Source: an uncultured beta proteobacterium
Lineage (GTDB): Bacteria; Pseudomonadota; Gammaproteobacteria; Burkholderiales; SG8-39
Assembly (NCBI GenBank): GCA_963747775.1
Contig: CAVVGT010000003.1
Coordinates: forward strand, 641,538-705,537
Direction: 5' to 3'
Length of the DNA: 64,000 nucleotides
Under the pieces are notes generated by a model. It had not been told where the DNA came from. It made no database searches and saw only the letters and a list, made by a program, of their open reading frames with translations. Of this stretch, positions 51,803 to 61,381 are shown one piece after another (position 1 is the stretch's first letter; each line of letters begins with the position of its first letter). The translations under genes and the position numbers were made by a program.

Positions 51803-52646
51803 CGCACGACGCTGGCACTTCCAGCACGGGCCGATCGACCTCGTGTTGGAGGCGTTCGGCGCCGAGGCGACCATCGACGCCGCATATGCGCGTGCGTGGC
51901 GGCGCTTTGCCACGGTGCTCGACGAACTGGTGTCCGAGCTGCCGGCGTTGCGCGGCGAAGTCGCGCGCGCCGTCGGCCTGAGGGGCACCGTCGCGCGCCG
52001 GATGGTCGCGGCCTGCCTGCCGTACCGCGACGTCTTCATCACGCCGATGGCGGCCGTGGCCGGGGCGGTGGCCGAGGAGATCCTGGATGCGATGATCGGC
52101 GTCGGCGAACCGACCAAGGCATACGTGAACAACGGCGGCGACATCGCGCTGCACCTCGGTGTCGGCGAGTCGACCCGGATCGGATTGGTCGCGGACGTCG
52201 ACCGGACGACGCGGCACGGTCACCGCGTCGCCGTCGACGGGACCTTCGAGGTGACGCATGCATTGCCGGTGCGCGGTGTCGCGACGAGCGGCTGGCGCGG
52301 GCGCAGCTGGAGCCTCGGCATCGCGGACAGCGTAACCGTGCTGGCGGCGACCGCCGCGGCGGCCGACGCGGCGGCGACGATGGTCGCGAATGCCGTGAAC
52401 GTCGATCACCCGGCGATCCGGCGTCGACCCGCAGGGGAGGTGGACGACAACACCGACCTCGGCCGGATGCCGGTGACCGTGGAAGTCGGCCCGCTGCCGG
52501 AGGACGCGGTCGCGGCGGCGCTCGCGAACGGCGCGCAGCGCGCCGAAGCGCTGCTCGCCCGCGGCCTCGTCTGGGGCGCAGTGATCGTGCTGCAATCGCG
52601 CGTGCGCGTCGTCGGCGGGGTCGCGGCGGCGGCGCGACTGCACTGA
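51777..52646 (+). CDS. UPF0280-family (ApbE-like fold) protein
   Basis: WHFQHGPIDLVL...ITPMAAVAGAVAEEI...VNNGGDIAL...RGVATSGWRGRSWSLGIADSVTV. The start (51777 or 51753) overlaps the end of the previous gene. Confidence 0.7.
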   Translation: MGPTRARLDARRWHFQHGPIDLVLEAFGAEATIDAAYARAWRRFATVLDELVSELPALRGEVARAVGLRGTVARRMVAACLPYRDVFITPMAAVAGAVAEEILDAMIGVGEPTKAYVNNGGDIALHLGVGESTRIGLVADVDRTTRHGHRVAVDGTFEVTHALPVRGVATSGWRGRSWSLGIADSVTVLAATAAAADAAATMVANAVNVDHPAIRRRPAGEVDDNTDLGRMPVTVEVGPLPEDAVAAALANGAQRAEALLARGLVWGAVIVLQSRVRVVGGVAAAARLH

Positions 52647-52716
52647 CGACGGACACCGGCGCGCACACTATGTATAGTGCGGCCCTCGGGCGGCGGCGAA
52701 AGCGGAGGAGGAGAAC

Positions 52717-53925
52717 ATGATGGTGCGCAAGCAATGGCTGATCGGTGCGGGGGTCCTGGCGGTCGCGGCGAGCGTGACCGGGCCGGTCGCGGCACAGGGG
52801 TCGATCAAGCTCGGCGAGATGAACAGCTACAAGACGTTCCCGGCGTTCCTGGAGCCCTACAAGAAGGGCTGGGAGCTTGCGGTGGACGAGGTCAACGCGG
52901 CCGGCGGCGTGTTCGGCCGCAAGCTCGAGGTCGTCTCGCGCGACGACAACGGCAACCCGGGCGAGGCGGTGCGGATCGCCGAGGAACTGCTCACGCGCGA
53001 GAACGTGCACTTCATCATGGGCACGTTCGCCTCGAACGTCGGACTGGCGGTGTCCGACTTCGCGAAGCAGAAGAAAGTGCTCTTCATCGCGGCCGAGCCG
53101 CTGACCGACAAGATCGTCTGGGACAGCGGCAACAAATACACCTTCCGCCTGCGTCCCTCGACGTACATGCAGACGGCGATGCTGGTGCCCGATGCCGCGA
53201 AGCTGAAGAAGAAGCGCTGGGCGATCGTCTACCCGAACTACGAGTACGGCCAGTCGGCGACGCGCGCGTTCAAGGATCTGCTCAAGAAGGCCCAGCCCGA
53301 CGTGGAGTTCGTCACCGAGCAGGCGGTGCCGCTCGGCAAGATCGACGCCGGCGCGGTGGTGCAGGCGATCGCCGACGCGAAGCCCGACGCGATCTTCTCT
53401 TCGCTGTTCGGTGCGGACCTGACCCGCTTCGTGCGCGAGGGCAACACGCGCGGTCTGTTCAAGGGGCGCGAGGTCTTCAACCTGCTCGCCGGCGAGCCCG
53501 AGTACCTCGATCCGCTCAAGGACGAGACGCCGAACGGCTGGTACGTGACCGGCTACCCGTGGAACGCGATCAACACGTCGGAGCACAAGAAGTTCCTCGC
53601 GGCGTACCAGAAGAAGTGGAACGACTACCCGCGGCTCGGTTCGATCGTCGGTTACTCCACCGTGATGACCGCGGTCGCCGCGATGAAGAAGTCCGGCAGC
53701 CTCGACAACGAGAAGCTCGTCGCCGCGATGAAGGGGCTGCAGGTGGACACGCCGTTCGGGAAGATCCTCTACCGACCGATCGACAACCAGTCGACCATGG
53801 GCGCGTACGTCGGTAGGATCGGCCTGAAGGACGGCAAGGGCGTCATGACCTCGTGGACGTACGCCGACGGCGCGAAATTCCTGCCCTCGGACGCCGAGGT
53901 GAAGAAGCTGCGTCCGGCGGACTGA
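52717..53925 (+). CDS. ABC transporter periplasmic substrate-binding protein (Leu/Ile/Val-binding protein family)
   Basis: Signal peptide MMVRKQWLIGAGVLAVAASVTGPVAA and a type-I PBP fold sequence (IKLGEMNSY..., GTFASNVGLAV). GGAGGAGGAG RBS. Confidence 0.9.
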   Translation: MMVRKQWLIGAGVLAVAASVTGPVAAQGSIKLGEMNSYKTFPAFLEPYKKGWELAVDEVNAAGGVFGRKLEVVSRDDNGNPGEAVRIAEELLTRENVHFIMGTFASNVGLAVSDFAKQKKVLFIAAEPLTDKIVWDSGNKYTFRLRPSTYMQTAMLVPDAAKLKKKRWAIVYPNYEYGQSATRAFKDLLKKAQPDVEFVTEQAVPLGKIDAGAVVQAIADAKPDAIFSSLFGADLTRFVREGNTRGLFKGREVFNLLAGEPEYLDPLKDETPNGWYVTGYPWNAINTSEHKKFLAAYQKKWNDYPRLGSIVGYSTVMTAVAAMKKSGSLDNEKLVAAMKGLQVDTPFGKILYRPIDNQSTMGAYVGRIGLKDGKGVMTSWTYADGAKFLPSDAEVKKLRPAD

Positions 53926-53947
53926 TCGCGCCGCGCCCGACTACAGA

Positions 53948-53972
53948 GGGACAGGTCCGCCTGTCCCTTTTT
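53948..53972 (+). terminator. Intra-operon Rho-independent terminator/attenuator after the binding-protein gene
   Basis: Stem GGGACAGG/CCTGTCCC, loop TCCG, followed by T5. Confidence 0.7.
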
Positions 53973-53974
53973 CG

Positions 53975-54113
53975 TTAACGAAGCTCTCACCAGGGTCTTC
54001 CGACGAATGCCGGAGCGAGTTCGCAGCGACGCAGATCGCTGCCTCATGTCGTCCACGCTCGTCCAGCTGCGCTGCCTCGCGATACCCCGTGGCCGAGATT
54101 CAGGCCTTTCCCG
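53975..54113 (-). repeat. Dispersed intergenic repeat, copy B (inverted relative to copy A)
   Basis: The reverse complement of 54045-54100 reads GGCCACGGGGTATCGCGAGGCAGCGCAGCTGGACGAGCGTGGAC, nearly identical to 39165-39210. Confidence 0.7.
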
Positions 54114-55997
54114 ATGCTCTCGTCCATCTTCATCCAATTCCTGAACGGGCTGGCGAGCGCGTCCACCCTGTTCCTGATCGCGGTCGGGCTGTCGCTGATC
54201 TTCGGCGTCACCCGCATCGTCAACTTCGCGCACGGCTCGCTGTACATGCTCGGGTTGTACGTCGCCTACACCCTGATCGAGAAGCTCGGCGTGACACCGC
54301 TCGGTTTCTGGGGCGGCATCGCCGGCGCGGCGCTCGCAGTAGCGGCGGTCGGTGCCGCGATCGAGATCCTCATCCTCCGGCGCATCTACCACGCGCCAGA
54401 ACTCTTCCAGCTCCTCGCAACCTTCGCGCTGACGCTCGTCATCAAGGACGCGGTGCTGTGGGGCTGGGGCGCGGAGGACCTGCTCGGGCCGCGCGCGCCG
54501 GGGCTGCGCGGGTCGGTGGAGTTCTTCGGCAAGCCGTTCCCGGAGTACGATCTCGCGCTGATCGCGATCGGTCCGCTCGTTCTGGGCGCACTGTGGCTGC
54601 TGCTCAACCGGACGCGCTGGGGTACGCTCGTGCGCGCCGCGACGCAGGACCGCGAGATGGTGGGCGCCCTCGGGGTCAATCAGAAATGGCTCTTCACCGG
54701 CGTCTTCGCGCTCGGCGCGTTCCTCGCGGGGCTCGGCGGGGCGCTCCAGATCCCGCGCGAGCCGGCGCAGCTCTTCCTCGACCTGACCGCGATCTCCGAC
54801 GCGTTCGTTGTGGTCGTGGTCGGCGGCCTGGGCAGCATTCCTGGCGCGTTCCTCGCCGCGCTGCTGATCGGCGTCATCAAAGCCTTCTGCGTCGGCATCG
54901 GCACGGTCGAAGCGTTCGGCACGACGTTCTCCTTCTCCAAGCTCACGCTCGTGGTCGAGTTCCTCGTGATGGCGATCGTGCTGATCCTGCGGCCGCAGGG
55001 CCTCCTCGGTCGGCCGCAGGGCGTCCAGCGCGCCGCCGCGGAGTTCGTCGAGCAGCCGCTGCGGCCGGCCGGACGGGCGCTCCGGACCGGCGCGATCGTG
55101 CTGGTCGCGGCGCTTGCCGCGCTCCCGCTCGCCACCACCGGCTACACGCTCGTCCTGCTGATCGACATCCTGGTGTTCGCGCTGTTCGCGACGAGCCTGC
55201 ACTTCATCATGGGGCCCGGCGGAATGGTGTCGTTCGGCCACGCGGCGTACCTCGGCCTCGGCGCGTACGGTGGCGGGCTCCTGCTGAAGGCCGCGGGCTG
55301 GCCCATGGAAGCGGCGCTCGTCGCGGCGCCGGTGGTCGCCGGGATCGGGGCCCTGGTCTTCGGGTGGTTCTGCGTGCGCCTCTCGGGGGTGTACCTCGCG
55401 ATGCTGACGCTCGCCTTCGCCCAGATCGCGTGGTCGATTGTGTTCCAGTGGGACGGGTTTACCGGCGGCTCGAACGGCATCGTCGGCGTGTGGCCTGCGC
55501 CGTGGCTCGCGCCAAAGCCCGCGTACTACCTGCTCGCCCTCGTGCTGTGCGGCGGGGCGATTTGGCTGCTGCGGCGGATGCTGTTCGCGCCGTTCGGCTA
55601 CGCGCTGCGCGCCGGACGCGATTCGCCCTTGCGTGCCGACGCGATCGGCATCGACGTCCGGCGCCTGCAGTGGGCCGCGTTCGTCGTCGCGGGGGCGTTC
55701 GCCGGCCTGGCGGGCGGCCTCTATGCCTTCTCCAAGGGAAGCATCTCGCCCGACTCGACCATGGCGGTGTCGCGCTCGATCGACGCGCTGGTGATGGTGC
55801 TCCTTGGCGGCGTGCAGACGCTCAGCGGCCCGGTGGTCGGCGCAGCGCTCTTCACCTGGCTGCAAGACACGATCGCCCGCGGCACGGACTACTGGCGCGC
55901 GGTACTGGGCCTCACGATCCTCGTGCTGGTGCTCGTGTTCCCGCAGGGGATCGTGGGCGCCCTGCGCGGCTGGTTCGACAAGAAGGAACCGGAGTGA
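54114..55997 (+). CDS. Fused LivH/LivM-type ABC permease (627 aa)
   Basis: Two branched-chain-amino-acid-type permease halves with many TM segments. TGATG overlap with the next gene. Confidence 0.9.
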   Translation: MLSSIFIQFLNGLASASTLFLIAVGLSLIFGVTRIVNFAHGSLYMLGLYVAYTLIEKLGVTPLGFWGGIAGAALAVAAVGAAIEILILRRIYHAPELFQLLATFALTLVIKDAVLWGWGAEDLLGPRAPGLRGSVEFFGKPFPEYDLALIAIGPLVLGALWLLLNRTRWGTLVRAATQDREMVGALGVNQKWLFTGVFALGAFLAGLGGALQIPREPAQLFLDLTAISDAFVVVVVGGLGSIPGAFLAALLIGVIKAFCVGIGTVEAFGTTFSFSKLTLVVEFLVMAIVLILRPQGLLGRPQGVQRAAAEFVEQPLRPAGRALRTGAIVLVAALAALPLATTGYTLVLLIDILVFALFATSLHFIMGPGGMVSFGHAAYLGLGAYGGGLLLKAAGWPMEAALVAAPVVAGIGALVFGWFCVRLSGVYLAMLTLAFAQIAWSIVFQWDGFTGGSNGIVGVWPAPWLAPKPAYYLLALVLCGGAIWLLRRMLFAPFGYALRAGRDSPLRADAIGIDVRRLQWAAFVVAGAFAGLAGGLYAFSKGSISPDSTMAVSRSIDALVMVLLGGVQTLSGPVVGAALFTWLQDTIARGTDYWRAVLGLTILVLVLVFPQGIVGALRGWFDKKEPE

Positions 55998-56746
55998 TGG
56001 CCGTCCTCGCGGTCGAGCACCTGGAAAAATCGTTCGGCGGAGTCCAAGCGGTCCGCGGCGTGAGCTTCGAGGTCGCCGCCGGGGAGCTGCTCGCCCTGAT
56101 CGGTCCGAACGGCGCGGGCAAGACCACCTGCTTCAACATGCTGAACGGCCAGCTTCCGGCCGATACGGGGAGCGTCCGCTTCGAATCGCGCGAGATCCTC
56201 GGCATGCAGCCGCGCGAGGTCTGGCGCCTCGGCGTCGGGCGAACTTTTCAGATTACCGCGACCTTCGCGTCGATGACGGTGCGCGAGAACGTTCAGATGG
56301 CGCTGCTCGCCCACCACCGCCGCTTGCGCGAGTGGTGGCGGCCGGCCGCGCGGCTCCATCGGGACGAGGCCGATCGCCTGCTCGCGCGGGTCGGGATGAA
56401 CGAGCAGGCGGAGCGCGCGTGCTCGGTGCTCGCATACGGCGATCTCAAGCGGGTGGAGCTGGCGGTGGCGCTGGCGAACGAGCCGCGGCTGCTGCTGATG
56501 GACGAGCCGACCGCGGGCATGGCGCCCAAGGAGCGCATCGCGCTCATGGCCCTCACCGCCGAGATCGTCCGCGAGCGCCGCATCGCGGTGCTCTTCACCG
56601 AGCACGACATGGACGTCGTGTTCGCGCACGCCGACCGCATCATCGTGCTCAACCGCGGGCGGCTCATCGCCACGGGCAAGCCGGCTACGGTCAGGGCAAG
56701 CGCGGAGGTGCAGCAGGTGTATCTCGGATCGCGGGGGGTGCTCTGA
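55997..56746 (+). CDS. ABC transporter ATP-binding protein (LivG-like)
   Basis: Walker A GPNGAGKTT, signature-like YGDLKRVEL, Walker B LLLMDEP. Confidence 0.9.
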   Translation: MAVLAVEHLEKSFGGVQAVRGVSFEVAAGELLALIGPNGAGKTTCFNMLNGQLPADTGSVRFESREILGMQPREVWRLGVGRTFQITATFASMTVRENVQMALLAHHRRLREWWRPAARLHRDEADRLLARVGMNEQAERACSVLAYGDLKRVELAVALANEPRLLLMDEPTAGMAPKERIALMALTAEIVRERRIAVLFTEHDMDVVFAHADRIIVLNRGRLIATGKPATVRASAEVQQVYLGSRGVL

Positions 56747-57447
56747 TGCTGTCGGTCCGGAAGCTCGAGACCTACTACGGGCGGGCGCACATCCTGAGCG
56801 ACCTGTCGCTCGAGGTCGGGAAGGGTGAAGTGGTCGTGCTGCTCGGACGCAACGGCGCCGGCAAGTCGACGACGCTGAAGAGCATCATGGGTCTGGTACG
56901 TCCGGCCCGCGGGGAGGTGAGCTTTGCAGACCGGCGCATCGACCGCCTCGAGCCCTACGAGATCGCGGAGCTCGGCCTCGGCTACGTTCCGGAGGATCGG
57001 CGCATCTTCACCGAGCTGACGGTGATGGAGAACCTCGAAGTCGGCCGGCAGGTGGCGCGCGCCGGTGCGCCGACCTGGACGCCGGAGCGGCTGTTCAAGC
57101 TGTTCCCGAACCTCGCCGAGATGACCGACCGCCCCGGCGGCCGCACCTCCGGGGGCGAGCAGCAGATGCTGACCATCGCGCGCACGCTGATGGGCAACCC
57201 GTCGTGCATCCTGCTCGACGAGCCGTCCGAGGGTCTCGCGCCGTTGATCGTCGACCAGATGGCCGCCGCGATCCGCGCGCTGAAGGCCGAGGGACTGTCG
57301 GTGCTGCTGTCGGAGCAGAACCTGCGCTTCGCGACCGAGGTCTCGGACCGCGCGTATATCATCGAGAAGGGCCGCATCCGTTTCTCCGGCACGATGGCGG
57401 AGCTGGCGGCGAACGAGGACGTGCGGGCGCAATATTTGGCGGTATGA
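56746..57447 (+). CDS. ABC transporter ATP-binding protein (LivF-like)
   Basis: Walker A GRNGAGKST, signature SGGEQQML, Walker B ILLDEP. Confidence 0.9.
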   Translation: MLSVRKLETYYGRAHILSDLSLEVGKGEVVVLLGRNGAGKSTTLKSIMGLVRPARGEVSFADRRIDRLEPYEIAELGLGYVPEDRRIFTELTVMENLEVGRQVARAGAPTWTPERLFKLFPNLAEMTDRPGGRTSGGEQQMLTIARTLMGNPSCILLDEPSEGLAPLIVDQMAAAIRALKAEGLSVLLSEQNLRFATEVSDRAYIIEKGRIRFSGTMAELAANEDVRAQYLAV

Positions 57448-59474
57448 CCCGGATCGCAGGCATCGACGTCGGCGGCACCTTCACCGATCTCGTCCTCGTC
57501 GACGAGGCGACGGGCGAGGTGCGCCTCGCGAAGGTTCCGACGACGCCCGACAACCAGGCCTTTGGCGTGCTGGCGGCGCTGGAGCAGACGGGTGTCGGGC
57601 TCACGAAGCTCGGCGCGATCGTGCACGGCACGACGACGACCACCAATGCGATGCTCGAGCGCAAGATCGCACGCGTGGGCCTGATCACGACGCGCGGGTT
57701 CCGCGACATCCTCGAGCTCGGCCGGCGCACGCGGCCACACCCCTACGGCCTGATCGGGGCCTTCCACCCCCTGATCGAGCGCGAGCTGCGCCTCGAGGTC
57801 GACGAGCGCATGGACTCGGACGGCGCGGTGGTGCGTCCGCTCGACGAGGCAGCCGCGGATCGGGCCGCGCGGCGGCTGCTCGAGCTCGGCGCCGAGTCGC
57901 TCGTGATCCACTTTCTGCACAGCTACATCAACCCGGCGCACGAGAACCGCGCCGCCGAGATCGCCCGGCGTCTGTGGCCGAACGGCCACGTGACGGTCGG
58001 TCACGCGATCCTGTCCGAGTATCGCGAGTACGAGCGCGGCGTCACTGCAACCGTCAACGCGGCGATTCAACCGGTGCTCCATCGCTATCTCGAGCGTCTC
58101 CAGGGCGAGCTCGCGAAGCGCGGCTTCGGCGCCGAGCTGCTGGTCATGCAAGGGAACGGCGGCACCGTCGCCGCGAGCATCGCCGCCGAGGCGGCGGTGA
58201 ACACCGTGATGTCGGGCCCCGCGTCGGGCGTCATCGCCGCGGCGTACACCGCGACCCGCTCGGGGATTCCGAACGTCGTCACCTACGACATGGGCGGGAC
58301 CTCGACCGACGTCGCGCTCATCCAGGACGGCCTGCCGGAGGTCTCGACCGAACTCGAGCTCGAGTACGCGCTGCCGATCCACGTGCCGATGGTGGACGTG
58401 CACACGATCGGGGCGGGCGGCGGCTCGATCGCGCGCATCAACGAGGCCGGCATGCTCCAGGTCGGGCCGGAGAGCGCCGGCGCCGCGCCGGGACCGATCT
58501 GTTACGGCCGCGGCGGCGAGCGCGTGACGATCACCGACGCGAACCTGGCACTGGGCCGCCTCAACCCGAAGGGCCTGCTCGCAGTCGAACGCCCCGTTCC
58601 GATGGAGCGACTGCGCGCCATGATCGCGAGCCAGGTCGGCAAGCCGCTCGGCCTGAGCGCCGACCAGGCGGCCGCGGCGGTGCTGCGCATCGCGAACGAC
58701 CGGATGGCAGGCGCGATCCGCATGGTGAGCCTCGCGCGCGGCCACGATCCGCGCGATTTCGCGCTGTTCGCGTTCGGCGGTGCCGGGCCGCTGCATGCGG
58801 TTGCGCTCGCGCGCGAGCTCGCGATTCCGAAGGTCCTGATCCCGGCGCGCCCGGGTCTCACCAACGCGCTCGGCTGCGCGGTCGCGGACGTGCGGCACGA
58901 CTTCGTGCGCACCGTGAACCGCCTGCTGCCGGAGGTCGCCGACGATCTGGTGGGGCGCGTCCTGGACGAACAGGTCGCGGAAGGCCGGGCGACCATCGCG
59001 CGCGAGCGCGTGAGCGTCGAGCGCATCGACTTCGTGCACCGCGCCGACATGCAGTTCCAGGGGCAGAGCCATATCCTCACCGTGCCGCTGCCGGGCCGCG
59101 ACGTCCCGCGCGACGCGTTGCATCGGCTGTTCGAAGCGGCCTACTGGCAGCGATTCCAGGTCGAGCTCAAGGAGATCCGCCCGGTGCTGGTCAGCCTCCA
59201 TACCGCCGCGATCGGGCGGCGGCGCCCGGTCTCGCTCGAGGCCGTCGCGCAGGGCGAGCCGCGCGCGACGTTGCGGGAGGCGGAGGTCGAGCGGCGCAGC
59301 GTGTGGTTCGACGCCGGCTGGACCGAAACGCCGGTGTATCGGCGCGAGTGGCTGCCTCCTAGCGCGACGTTCGACGGTCCTGCGGTGATCGAGCAGCTCG
59401 ATTGCACGACCCTGATCGAGCCGGGTTGCCGGGTGGAGCGCGACCGGCTCGGCAATCTCATCATCACCGTCTGA
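57444..59474 (+). CDS. hyuA: Hydantoinase/oxoprolinase family, A (beta) subunit
   Basis: N-terminal GIDVGGTFTDLVL and a second ASKHA-type motif YDMGGTSTDV. ATGA overlap with the upstream ATPase gene. Confidence 0.9.
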   Translation: MTRIAGIDVGGTFTDLVLVDEATGEVRLAKVPTTPDNQAFGVLAALEQTGVGLTKLGAIVHGTTTTTNAMLERKIARVGLITTRGFRDILELGRRTRPHPYGLIGAFHPLIERELRLEVDERMDSDGAVVRPLDEAAADRAARRLLELGAESLVIHFLHSYINPAHENRAAEIARRLWPNGHVTVGHAILSEYREYERGVTATVNAAIQPVLHRYLERLQGELAKRGFGAELLVMQGNGGTVAASIAAEAAVNTVMSGPASGVIAAAYTATRSGIPNVVTYDMGGTSTDVALIQDGLPEVSTELELEYALPIHVPMVDVHTIGAGGGSIARINEAGMLQVGPESAGAAPGPICYGRGGERVTITDANLALGRLNPKGLLAVERPVPMERLRAMIASQVGKPLGLSADQAAAAVLRIANDRMAGAIRMVSLARGHDPRDFALFAFGGAGPLHAVALARELAIPKVLIPARPGLTNALGCAVADVRHDFVRTVNRLLPEVADDLVGRVLDEQVAEGRATIARERVSVERIDFVHRADMQFQGQSHILTVPLPGRDVPRDALHRLFEAAYWQRFQVELKEIRPVLVSLHTAAIGRRRPVSLEAVAQGEPRATLREAEVERRSVWFDAGWTETPVYRREWLPPSATFDGPAVIEQLDCTTLIEPGCRVERDRLGNLIITV

Positions 59475-59480
59475 CGCACC

Positions 59481-61223
59481 GTGCCCGCAATCGATCCCGT
59501 CACGCTCGCCGTCATCCAGAACGGACTGCAGCAGGTCTGCAACGAGATGGACCTCGCGTTCTGCCGCGCGGCGTTCAGCCCGGTGATCTCCGAGACGATG
59601 GACCGCTCCGACGGGATCTACCACCGCGACTCGGGCGAGCTGATATCGCAGGGGGAGCTCGGACTGCCGGTGTTCGTCGGGACGATGCAGTTCTCGACGC
59701 AGGCCGTGATCGACCGGGTGCGCGCGGACCGCGTGAAGCTCGACGCGGGCGACGTGTTCATCGTGAACGACCCGTATCTGGGCGGCACGCACCTGATGGA
59801 CGTGAAGTTCGTCAAGCCGTTCTTCTACCGCGGCGCGCCGTGGTGCTGGCTCGCAAACACCGGCCACTGGCCCGATGTCGGCGGCATCGTGCCGGGCGGC
59901 TTCTCGGCCAACGCCACCGAGGTGGAGCAGGAGGGACTGCGCCTGCCGCCGGTGAAGCTCTACAAGCGCGGTGAGCTCGACCAGGAAATCCTCTCGATCA
60001 TCCTGTCGAACATCCGCATTGCCGACCAGCGCATCGGCGACATCAAGGCGCAGGCCGCGGCGCTCGCAATCGGCGAGCGCCGGCTCACGGCGCTGCTCGA
60101 TCGCTACGGGGCGGACACGGTCGACGCCGCGATCGGCGAGCTCAAGGCGCGGGCGGCGCAACAGATGCGCGCGAAGATCGGGGCGATTCCGGACGGCGAG
60201 TACGAAGGCGAGGCGTTCGTCGACTCTGACGGGGTCGTCAACGAGCCCTTGCGCATCGCGATGAAGGTCGCAAAGCGCGGCGAGACGCTCACCTTCGACA
60301 TGTCCGGTTCCTCGCCGCCGTGCCGCGGCCCCATGAACAGCGTGCTCGCGACCACCAAGTCGTCGATTTACCTCGCGATCAAGCACGTGTTCCCGGACGT
60401 ACCCATCAACTCGGGAACCTTCGAGCCGCTCGAGATCGTCGATCCGGAGGGGACGTTCCTCTACGCGAAGTACCCCCGTCCGGTGTCGGGCTGCGCGGCC
60501 GAGGTGAGCCAGCGCATCGCCGAGGCGGTGTTCGGTGCGCTCGTCAAGGCGATCCCCGACCAGTTGTTTGCGGCGCCGGCGGGGACCTCCGGCAACCTGT
60601 CGGTCGGCGGATACGATCCGGTGCGCCAGCGCTCGTACGTGATGTACGTGATCTCGGGCGGCGGCTACGGCGGGTCGGCGCACGGCGACGGGATCTCGAA
60701 CGGCTGCTCGACCATCGGCATCTCCAAGACCACCCCCATCGAGGTGATGGAGCAGTACTACCCGGTGCTGTTCGAGGAGTATTCGCTGCACGAGGGCTCC
60801 GGCGGGCCCGGCGAGCAGCGCGGCGGGTTCGGCGTCAACTACAAGTTCCGGCTCCGGCGCGGCGAAGCCCGCGCCTCGATGGTGATGGACCACGGCCGGT
60901 ACGGCCCGCAGGGCGCGCGCGGCGGGCGCGACGGCGGGGTCAACCGGGTGCGGGTCCTCCACGACACGAGCGCGTACGAGCCGCCCCACCTGTCGAAAGA
61001 CCAGGACATCCACCTCGACGCGGGCGATGTCATCGAGGTGTCGACGCCCGGCGGCGGGGGGTTCGGCGATCCGTTCCGTCGCGCGCTGGACCGCGTCGCA
61101 CGGGACGTGGCGCGGGGCTACTACACCCGCGCGCAAGCGGCGAACTGGTTCGGCGTCGCGTTGTCAGAGGACGGGAGCGTCGACGCCGCCGGGACCGCGC
61201 GGCTGCGCGCCGGTGCCGTATGA
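59481..61223 (+). CDS. hyuB: Hydantoinase B/oxoprolinase family subunit
   Basis: 580 aa with VNDPYLGGTHLMD and typical HyuB conservation throughout. Confidence 0.9.
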   Translation: MPAIDPVTLAVIQNGLQQVCNEMDLAFCRAAFSPVISETMDRSDGIYHRDSGELISQGELGLPVFVGTMQFSTQAVIDRVRADRVKLDAGDVFIVNDPYLGGTHLMDVKFVKPFFYRGAPWCWLANTGHWPDVGGIVPGGFSANATEVEQEGLRLPPVKLYKRGELDQEILSIILSNIRIADQRIGDIKAQAAALAIGERRLTALLDRYGADTVDAAIGELKARAAQQMRAKIGAIPDGEYEGEAFVDSDGVVNEPLRIAMKVAKRGETLTFDMSGSSPPCRGPMNSVLATTKSSIYLAIKHVFPDVPINSGTFEPLEIVDPEGTFLYAKYPRPVSGCAAEVSQRIAEAVFGALVKAIPDQLFAAPAGTSGNLSVGGYDPVRQRSYVMYVISGGGYGGSAHGDGISNGCSTIGISKTTPIEVMEQYYPVLFEEYSLHEGSGGPGEQRGGFGVNYKFRLRRGEARASMVMDHGRYGPQGARGGRDGGVNRVRVLHDTSAYEPPHLSKDQDIHLDAGDVIEVSTPGGGGFGDPFRRALDRVARDVARGYYTRAQAANWFGVALSEDGSVDAAGTARLRAGAV

Positions 61224-61381
61224 ACGCCGGCGGGGCTTGCCTTGCGGCGCGGTTTAGCCTAACTTCGCGCCCGCGCCGGGCGCCTCGATGTCCAGTGGCC
61301 TCCGCCACCGGGCGGTGACGCAGGCGCCCGGTCCCGCCGCACTCCCGGACCGTCCAAACCGATCCAGTACCAAGGAGCACG

